DNA from: a virus
Lineage: Duplodnaviria > Caudoviricetes
IMG/VR virus record: IMGVR_UViG_3300030328_001951
Coordinates: 1 to 50,454 of that record
DNA length: 50,454 nt
Strand: one strand, 5' to 3'
Shown: positions 26,275 through 36,600 of the stretch, piece by piece
Position numbering within the stretch: position 1 is the stretch's first letter
Layout of the letters: each line of letters begins with the position of its first letter
The notes under the pieces: model-generated
Told to the model about the DNA's origin: nothing
Seen by the model: the letters and a program-made list of their open reading frames with translations, nothing else
The model's database searches: none
Program-made: the position numbers and the translations under genes

Positions 26275-26647
26275 GTCAGAAATAGTAGCTGGTGTACCAC
26301 TAAAAGATAGAAAAAAAGCACTAAGTATAATAAACGACTGGAATTCTGTAGGCACAGGAATGATTACTAGATTCTGGGAAAAGAATCCTGATGGTTCTGA
26401 AAGAAAACCAGAAGCATACTTTTATATGCAAGCTGATTGGTGGAAATGGTACAATGACTATCCAGAGATAGATAAATTTGAAAAGTTTATCTTAGAAGAT
26501 ACAGAAAATAGGTTTTTAACTTGTTTAGGTGAAGATGGACATCATCATACTAATTTTGGTGATTCTACAATGCATGATATTTATGTAATGTCAACTCTTG
26601 CAGTAGAAGGCAACATTAAATGGAGAAGTAAAAAGGAACAGCTATGA
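26264..26647 (+). CDS. Hypothetical protein
   Basis: MGYRSEI...WKWYNDYPEI...LGED; start uncertain (26252 or 26264). Confidence 0.65.
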   Translation: MGYRSEIVAGVPLKDRKKALSIINDWNSVGTGMITRFWEKNPDGSERKPEAYFYMQADWWKWYNDYPEIDKFEKFILEDTENRFLTCLGEDGHHHTNFGDSTMHDIYVMSTLAVEGNIKWRSKKEQL

Positions 26648-26796
26648 TAATACTAAACGTTTGGGAATGGGTGTTAAACATATTTTTATTGAGTACGTCT
26701 GCGTTTATATTTACAATTAGTATGTATATGCTAGCATTATTCTGCTATATTTTAGCAGATTTTATAAATAATTATGTAAATAAAAAACGCTATTAA
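26644..26796 (+). CDS. 50-aa membrane peptide
   Basis: AAAGGA RBS, ATGA overlap, long hydrophobic stretch. Confidence 0.55.
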   Translation: MIILNVWEWVLNIFLLSTSAFIFTISMYMLALFCYILADFINNYVNKKRY

Positions 26797-26810
26797 ACAC
26801 CCGTAAAAAA

Positions 26811-26869
26811 CGCTAGGTGAGTGTTGTATTGACTAAGGTAATAATCTGTCGATATAACGCTCCCTAGTG
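26811..26869 (+). terminator. Long hairpin at the convergence of the two arms
   Basis: CTAGGTGAGTGTTGTATTGAC / GTCGATATAACGCTCCCTAG, ~20 bp with G-U pairs. Confidence 0.45.
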
Positions 26870-26943
26870 CCTAAAAACAGTCCCATAGTCGCCTTTGTTT
26901 ACTTACCCTAAGTGTACAATATACTGTTTTTTTACACTATAGA

Positions 26944-27696
26944 CTAATCTAAGCCCATCCAACCCCTAACACTCTTAATAGCTCTTCTAGTTAATGGTTC
27001 TTGTTCTGGAGGATTAGGCTCTATTTCACCTCTAGCAACTCTAGAATCATAATCATTAAAAGCATATTTAAACAAGCCTTGATTTACGCTATCAGCGGCA
27101 GAGTTGTAATATTCAGTATTTTCAGCTACTTTATCAAACATATATTGAGTATCGTAAGGATGAATAGGATTTTTATCTCTGTAAGTAAGACCATATTGAT
27201 TAGCTCCATCGTCCTTTCCAAACATTCTTTGATTTTGACGCAATGTTTTAAAAGGAGTAAATGGTAAATAACCTTTAAATATATCCCTGTCTAGTTTATC
27301 TAATAAATTTAATTTAGGATTATATTTTTCTGCTAAATAATGATTAGGGTCAATATTTCCATGCATTCTACCAAAATGTCCTAATTCATGATTTAACGTA
27401 CCAGCACTAGCACCTTTTTGTAAAAACCCTTCATTAGTTTCTGGATAAAACACACCTTGACTATCATGTGAATGTGTTCCCTGTAATTTATCATACAATT
27501 CTGGTCTTAATCCACCATACATAGAGATCTCTCTATTATTAAGAGCATTTTTAATATCTTTAGAATAAGTTTTTCTACCTGACCTAAATTGTTGTGCATC
27601 ATATAATTTTGGATTCCAAGAATTAAATGCTCTTTTTACAAATTCTTGGTCTAATAAATGTGCTTGTTTTTCTATATCTGTTAATCCATTACTCAT
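26944..27696 (-). CDS. Zincin-like metallopeptidase, probable virion/ejection protein
   Basis: GVFYP...TLNHELGH, an HExxH motif. Directly downstream of the giant gene. Confidence 0.55.
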   Translation of the reverse strand: MSNGLTDIEKQAHLLDQEFVKRAFNSWNPKLYDAQQFRSGRKTYSKDIKNALNNREISMYGGLRPELYDKLQGTHSHDSQGVFYPETNEGFLQKGASAGTLNHELGHFGRMHGNIDPNHYLAEKYNPKLNLLDKLDRDIFKGYLPFTPFKTLRQNQRMFGKDDGANQYGLTYRDKNPIHPYDTQYMFDKVAENTEYYNSAADSVNQGLFKYAFNDYDSRVARGEIEPNPPEQEPLTRRAIKSVRGWMGLD

Positions 27697-27697
27697 G

Positions 27698-30600
27698 TTA
27701 ATCTCCTAAAAAACCTTGTATGTCTTCAAATTGTTCTGTTCTACGTTTAACTCTGTCAATTCTAGATTGTATCTGATTAACAGGTAATCTTAAAAATATT
27801 TCACCTGCTCGTTCTGGCTTATCTGCAAATTGAACAAGTTGTCTTATGCCTCTTCCAAATGGGAACATAGTATAAGCAGTATAACTACTAAACTTTTCCC
27901 AGTCACCAGTCAGCAGCTCCCATGCTGCATCAGGTATTCTAGCAACAGGAGGTTTCAACAAGTTTAATGCTCCTAGCTTGCTACCAAAAAATGCCATTTC
28001 TTTTTCACGCTTATCACCATATAAACTATCTGCTATAGATTGTACAGTATCTAAAGGTGGTGCTAAAGCTGTATCAAATATGCTAAACATAAATGCATTA
28101 GCTAATGCAAACATAAACATATCTATCATATATGTATTTTTAAATTTTTCATATTCTGGAGTGTTTTGTTTAAAACCATATAACTTAGCTTGTCTGTAAA
28201 ATTCTTTTCTTGTTCGTACTGAGTTCCAAACAAAAAGCTTAAACCTAGATAATACTTTACCAACAGCAGTTCTCATAAATGCTGGTCTTGCAGAATTTTG
28301 ATAAAGAAATTGAGTATTCTCTATACCTTTCATAGCCATGTCAAACACAAATGGGTCTGCTATAGACAATTCTTTACCCTCAACTCCAAATTTTTTAACA
28401 GCTTGTAATGCATGTGCAGTAAACGCATTTAAACGATTTATGCGTTCAGAGTTCTGCATAAAAAATGAACCATACTTAACCATTAAATCTTTTACACCAT
28501 ATCTATTAATAACTTCTAATGGTGTTTCTTTGCGATTTGCTTTATCTTTTATTGCTACAATTAAATCTCGTTTAAAATTTTCTATATTTATTCCAGCTTT
28601 TTTTAATCCATTAGTCATTTGAGTATTTACTTCAAATTCATTCTGTATAAAAGCATCAATAACACCTACCTCTGCTAGATGTTTTAACAAGTCTTTTCTA
28701 TTCTTAGCAAACTTTCCGTTATTTAATTTAATAACATCTTTACCATTGCTAGTTAATAACAAATCATAAATTTGTTTATTATTATAACTACTAAATAAAT
28801 TATTTAATCCTGCACTAGCAGCAGTCATAGCATTACCACTAAGTACATTAGTAGCCCATGTGCCAGTATTGGCTAGTAAGCTCATTAATTGATACTGGGC
28901 TTCCATCCTACCTAATTCATGTAATTTACGACTAAAGTACTCCTTTCTTGCCTCTTTTCCTTTAGGAGCATGAGTAAAAAAGGGAGCTGACATGTTTTTC
29001 TTTTGATAAAACTTTTCAAATATACCTATAACATTTTCATCTGATGTTAAATAAAACAAATTTCTTTTGTCTTTTAATTTTAATGGATCTCGACCACTTA
29101 ACATTCCTGATTGAAAATAAGATTGATGTCCTAATATACTTTGTAAATATAATTTTATATAATCCCCCCATACTTGAACATCATTTTTATAAACACTACC
29201 TTGTAATCTTTTTACTTCCTTTTCACTAGGTTTATAATTCCTATTTTTATTTAACATGTTATCTATTTCGTATTGACCTTTAATAGCAACAGCATTTTTA
29301 TAATAACCTCTAATAACTTTATTAATGTAATCTAAAATAACTTCTGGTCTTTTATCAAATCCTGGCGCATTAGCATCTCTAGCTTTTAAAACATTAGCTA
29401 AACTACCTTGCTCAGATACAGATGATTTTAAATCTGCTTCTGTTAATATAGCAGGTTCTACTAATTCAGAATAACTAAAAAATTCACCTGCTTGTATTAA
29501 TTTGTTTTCATTAGCTCTAACAAATTCTTTTGCTGCTTTTGCTGCTTTTTTACCTGACTCCTTTTCTGAAAGACCTGCTCCTTTAGCTTTTTTATAAGTA
29601 GCGTCATATATATCATTTGTTTTTTGCTCTAAATATAATGCTATTTCTTTTCTAGCAAATTCATTATATCCAAAATTCAAATGAGGCATGTACTTATCTA
29701 AATTAATTTCACCAATACCTTTATATTTTTTTCTCATACTTACTCTATAGGTAAGATTATCATTTTCTGGTTTATTTAATATAAGTCTTTCAAGTTTATG
29801 TTCTTTTTGGTATCTTTTAATTCCATCAGTACCAACTATATCAATAACTTCCTTTTTATTTATATTACCACTTTCAATAACACTTTTTCTAAAATGCTCT
29901 AAATCCATCTTACCTGATTTATCCCATCTCATATATTTATTTAAAACACCACCTGTAGCCTGATACCAGCCTAAAAAATCTTTATCCATAATCCATTCAC
30001 CTTGATTATTGGTAGCTTTATTTCCTTTAGCATCTTGAGTGTATATCCACTTTTGCATGCCTTCAAATAAATCTCTTCTAGCTGTATCTAATTTTTCTAA
30101 CGTTCTTAATGTTTTAGCATCAGTAGGTCTATAACCTTCTTCTACGTATTTAAATAAATCTTCCATTAATTTACTTTGCTGGTTAACATCAAAGTTTTTC
30201 AATATTCTTTCAAATGGTTTAAACAATTTTGTTTCTGCAAACTTTAAATCTTTACTTACATAGCGTTCAGATGTTTGTAAATATTTTGCTATTTCTCCAA
30301 TAGGACTAGTAAAACTAAATATAGGTTTTGTTTCAAACTTACCTTTACCTATTTGTACTTTACCAAAATAAGAAAAATACTTATTAATTAAACCCTTAGT
30401 AGATAACTTTTCATCAACAAACCTTGGGTCAAGAAACCAATACTTTAATTTAAATTCTAAATTGTATGGGTCTTGCAATCCTTTAAAATATCTATTAACT
30501 GCAATAACATCATTCATATTAAATGTTGTTGCTTCTCTTGGAACAATACCACCTTTAATAATTGAAGTAAAATACTCAAACCATTGTTCAAAATTATTCT

Positions 30601-33600
30601 TAACTACTCTATGTTCGTTAAGATTCTTTCTAAATTGTTTTACTTGTTCTAGTTGCTTATCATTTATAGCTAGTTTTTCTATAGCATCACTTGCTATCAT
30701 TTCGTTAATAGTTAAAAACTCTTCTTTAATTGGCTGCTTTTCTGCTGCAGTTTCTTTTTTAATAGGTTCTTTTCTTACGACACCAACACCTTCTAAATTA
30801 ACTCTATCTGTAGGTTTAGAACCTTTCATATTAGTTCTTCTAAATGTTATATTTATTCTTTCACCTCTTTTACCTGTAGGGTCTTTAGGTATTGAATGTA
30901 AAAAATTCTCTTGAGTTCCACCTTGCATTATTAACAAATCATTATTTTTTAAATTTATCTTATAATCCTTACCACCTTTTTTACTTGTTAAAATAAAAGG
31001 TACTTCTGCTCCAAAACTAACAGACGCTATAATAGGATTACTTCCTAATTCTGGTTCATTATCTGCATGTTTTCCAATGCTATCCTTACCAGTTCTATAT
31101 TTATTTACCAGTAAAGAATTAAATTCTACTCCAGTAAGTTCCTCTACTTGTTTTTTTAAAGCTAATAACTCTGGTGTAAATTTCTTTGGTTTTATAGGGT
31201 CTTTACCAGAATAAGAATAATCAGTACCTTTTTCTCCATAGTACGCTGTAAGTCTAGGTTCTTTTATATTCCTACCTCCTATTGTAATATACCCTTGTTC
31301 AAAATCAATTGATTTAACCAACGCTTCTACATCTATATTCTTAATCTTATCTTTTAAGTGAAGAATTTGTTTATTTTCATATGTAGTTATAGGGTCTTCT
31401 GGATTTTTTTCTTTTACAATTTTTATAGGATTATTATCTAATAATGCAGTATCTGTTTCTGCTGAACGTTCATGCATTGATTCCATTTTTTGATAAAAGT
31501 TTTTCTTTGTAGAAAATGGTATAGATAATGAACTATGTATATCTTTATAAAATGTATTTTTAGAAAACTTAGAACCCTTATATGCTTTCTGTCCTGTTAT
31601 AGGACTTAATAACAAGTTATGATAATAATCAAGAAACAATTTAGGATCTATTCCAAATTCATTTGCATTTTTAATTAATCGTTTATTAAAAGCATTTATA
31701 TCTGCTTCTACATCTAATTGTATTCCATCTTTATCTAGCTTATGTCTATTCTCAATACTTAATCTAGACTTTAACATCTTTACTTCTTTTACAATAGCAG
31801 GTATTACTTTTTCTATTACATTAGCTTTTATACCTTTATCGCTAAATGCTTTATGTATATCAATAAAATTTTTATTTAACAATTCTATTGTAGCAAAGTT
31901 ACCTAATGATTTACCTATGTAATCTAATGCTCTACCTATATTTCTTTGTTGTTGTATAGCATAACTTACTTGAGAAGGAGATGCTAAACTTAAATCAGAT
32001 AACAATAAGCCAAGGTGTTGTTCTATAAATTTTGACATTTCTTTTGTACTATATCTAGTCAATCCTGTAAACCCTTGTGATTCTATATCAGCATTAGAAT
32101 ATAATTTTTTATAATTATTTTGTATCGCTGGAAAATTTAAAAAATCGTATTGAATACCAGCATCGTACATCTTTTTTACTATCTGAGGTATAACAGTATC
32201 TGCTCCTTTAGCAAACAATTTAGATTGTACGTTATTTATGCCATGACCAACATCATATAAACTCATAGCACTTTTAGCTACAGGAGTTGATTGATACCTA
32301 GCATTACCTAAAACTAAACCTTTAGGATTTTTGCTTTTTTTATCTTGTTCAATCATTCTCCTACTAACATTCTCTAACCTAATTAAAGAATATGTTTTAT
32401 TATTTCTAACATAATTAGCTCTTTCACCAACAGTTAATCCAATATTTTTAGATATTTCTGGAGATACATTATCTAAAGCAATATCTTTAATTAATCTATA
32501 AGATACGTTTTTAACTTGAGAAGCAGGCTTAGCAATATTAACAGCGTCTTTTATTGCTGCTAAGTCACCAAACGGAGCTAACTCTAGTATGCTTTTATAT
32601 CCTATATAATCTTGAGTTACTTCACCAGTTTTTGTATCAATAGTTTCTTTTTTCTCACCTGTTTTAGCATTAAAACTTTCGACTTTAAACAAAGAATCAA
32701 ATAACATTTGTCTAAAAATAGGATAAGCTCTTATCGTAGGGTCTGTACTTGCATCAGCTGATTTATTAACAATAGCTGTACCTAAATCTCTAAAAAATTG
32801 GTCTCTAGTTTGACCTTCTATCTTTCCCTTTTTTAAAGATACTCTGGCAATATAATCAGTTAAAGAACCCTTTTCTAAATCTTGATAAGGAAACTCAACA
32901 CTACCTCCATTGTTAGCTATAAAATCTCTCCAGTTTTGCATTACGATTTTAGCACTTAAACCATAACCCAAACCACCTTTACCAGCTATACTATTCTGTG
33001 CAACTTTATGTCTATATGCAGGGCTAAACATAAACATTCTATTGTAAACATCATCTTCTCTATTATATTCTTTATCTTTTGGATTTTTGTTATAACCAGT
33101 AAAGCGTTGAACTTCCTTATCAGTCATACCTTCTTGTCTAAACAATTTGTTTATAAATTTGTCATAAGAACTTCCTTCTTTCCAATGACTTCTCTCATCC
33201 TTTACTTTAATATAATAGTCTCTTAAATTTTTATTAAATCCTTGGAATATTTTGATACTGTCTGCGTCTTTGTCTGCACCTCCAAGGTATATATTATCCT
33301 TGTGGTGCGTGAACGAGCCAGAGCCTCTTTGCCCTGTAAAACCCCTAAAGCGTAAGACCCTCGTGCCAGACATACTATCAGCAGGAGTGCGAATGACAAC
33401 GAGGTCAAATGTGTTATTCCACGCCTCAAGGTTTTTTCTGGAGTAGTTCCCAAGATATTGCTCCCAAGCTTCGCCCAACGTGACTCGCTTGTCGATAGTT
33501 TCCATAGTAGCTTTGCTATCATTTTTTTGTGCATATTCTAATTTCCTTTGGTATATGGCTTCTAAATCTTCTTTAGGTATGTGCTTATGCTCTACAAGCA

Positions 33601-36600
33601 TACGCTTAAACATATTATCTAAATATAAATCTCCTTCATTTAATCCTTTCTTTTGTTCTTTTGTTAATGCAGGGTCAACAATCTTATTAATTAATTGGTC
33701 AGGAGTATAAGCTTTTAACCAAGACTTACCAGCAGTCTCAATAAATGGATTAGCATATCTCTTTACTAAATATTTCTTTAATGCATTATGGTAATTGTCT
33801 CTAAACAAAACATTTCTTACTGCATAAGTACCAGCCATAGCTTCAGCTAATATTTTATTACTTGCATGAAACTCTCTATAGTTACTATTAGAATCAAATT
33901 CAAAATCTAAATCTAAAAATCCATCTGTTTCTAATCTCATTAACTTATCCATAAACTTTTTAGCTAATGGTGTGCTAGGGTCTTTTAATAATATCTTAGT
34001 TACAAAATCCATAGGTAGCTCCATTACACCTAATTCATTTGCTTCAAATAACTTTATAAATTTTTCTATTTTTTTAGGGTCATATTGTTTTACTAACTCT
34101 TGACCAGCTCTACTACCAGCTAAAGATCTATCTAAAACATCACTTATATATTCTTTAGCAAATCCCTTTGCTTGTATATTATTTGTTTGCCCATAAGACT
34201 GCAATGGTAACTCATCGCCTTTTACAGACTTTACAGGATTTTCATACGTACCTGTACTTACTTGTAAATGTTCTATAGGTAACGTATGAACAATTGTGCC
34301 TCTAGATGATAATTTACCAGTAGAAGAATCTATTGATAACTGAGATGATTTTAAATCTCCTCTAAGCTTTGCACCAGAATTAAATACAATAAAATCTAAA
34401 CCTCTACTTTCCATAAATTTATTCCATTCTGTAGAAGCTCTTTGACCATTAGATTTAGTAAACAAAGCAGATAAACCTGTTTGCCCTCCTATTACAGGCT
34501 TTATATGACCTGCTCTAGGGTCAAAACCTAAAACATCTAATGTTCTATCAAAAAATTTATGTGCTATAATTAAACCACCATCAGTATCACTTTTACCTGT
34601 AGTGTTTATATCATTAACTATTATACCTCTCATCTGTCCATCAGGATTAGTTTCAGCATAACTAGCTTTTTGCATTGGTGCCATTCTATTTGTTAATAAT
34701 GTCATTCTTTTATTTAAATCAGCTACTGATTTTCCATAACCTTCATGCATAAGTAAGTTTTTTAAATTTAAATTTCTTACAGTAGTTTGATTATTTACTA
34801 ATCCATTTAACATAGCATGATGTAAAATATTACTTACCCATTTTCTTTCATAGTTTTTATCACTACCAAATATATTACGCTCAGAAGCTTTACCGTCTTC
34901 AAATGCTCTTTCTATGCCCTTAGATTCTAAAGGGTCATTAGACATAGCGTTTTTAATCATATCTTTTGTAACAATTACCCCTTGTAAATTATCTACAAAA
35001 TCTGCTGTTAATAAAAAGTCTTTATCTTTAACACCACTAAATATATATTTACCTTTTTCAGCTAATGCTTCTTCTATCTTAATTAATTTTTTTCTACCCA
35101 CATTAAATGAAATGCCATCTCCATCCATTCTATGTGATAATACTTTGTATGGTTCACCATTTTTATCTACACCATGTGTTAAAAATCTAAAACCTTTTGC
35201 GTATCCTAAATAATCTAATGGCATCTTATCATACTTTTCACCAATAGATACATTATTAATTTGTTCATTCTTTGTAAAATCAACAGATATATTATTACCT
35301 GTACCTTCTATAAAAAATGCAACTTCTTGTGCAGGTTCTGTTTCAGTCCACCATTTCTTGCGAAGATTTCTTTCATGTTTTTTAAATGTCTCTGGGTCTA
35401 AATTAGATTTTACATCTTCTATATAAGATTCTAATCGTCTATCTGTACCATCTTCACCCATGCTTTTTTTAGTAGCATCAATTATTATTTTTTCAAAAGA
35501 ATCAAAATCTTTGTATACAACAGAATCTTTTTCATTCTTTTTTACATCTTTATATACTTCCTTAGTAATATTAGATATAGAATCTTTTTCCTTAGTATAG
35601 GGATCCATAAAATCACTTTGCATTTCTGCATATAATTGTTCTGATGTACTTACTGCATTAGCAATTTTACCAAATGCATCGACAGTCATACCTTCTCTAG
35701 CTTTCCATCTGTAATATTCAGCTATCTTTGTATTTTTACCTGCCTCACTATATGTATTCCAATTAGGGTCTATTGATTCATAATGTTTAATTGCAGCATT
35801 TCTCCAATTAAAGTTTTTATAATTATGTTGTAACCAACCTAATGCACTACCTGTTGCACCTTCTAATTGTTCAGAGTTTTTAAACGAGGGAGCTGGATGT
35901 TCATTTAAAATATAATCCTGTGCTTTTTTATCTATAGTATTCCAATCTTTAGATTGTTGTGGGTCTACTATGTCTCTTATGTCTCTAGTAAATCCATTCT
36001 TTTTTGAACCCATTATCCACTCACCAGCAGCAGCTTCTCTAGCTGGTCTAGTATTGTATCCAAAAAACCCACCCAATAAATACTCATATATTTGCATCTC
36101 TGTGGGGTCACCTCTTAGGGTACTAGGTAATCCCATAAAAGCAGATGCTACACTAGCTCTTAATATTTTATTAGCTTGGTCTACTTGTGCGGGAGTACCT
36201 TTATATAAATTACCTACAGATACAAAATTACCTATACCTCCAAAAGCTCCACCTGCTATAGCACCACCTACAAAAGAATCAGCTATAACATCAGAACCTT
36301 TCCATATATTACTTACAGCACTAGCTACACCTAAACCTAATGCTTCTGTTCCTATGGCTCTAGGTATTGCTCCTTTTTTTAAATAATCTATTGTTTCTAA
36401 ACCTCGTTTAGATAATTGACTATCTATAATATTCTTTGTACCTCTTTGAAACATCATAGGTACAGACATAGCATCTAAGGTATTAATACCATCTTCAATC
36501 GCTTTATATAGCTTACTATCACCTTTAATTTTTCTTAAAGCAGCATTACGTCTAAATAAAGATAATGGAGCTTTTAAAATCGCAGGAGCAAAACCTGCAA

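Noticed and set aside
30833-31330. Intein or homing endonuclease as the insert in the giant gene
   Set aside because: No Cys/Ser start with His-Asn end and no LAGLIDADG or HNH motif; the insert has AlkB motifs.
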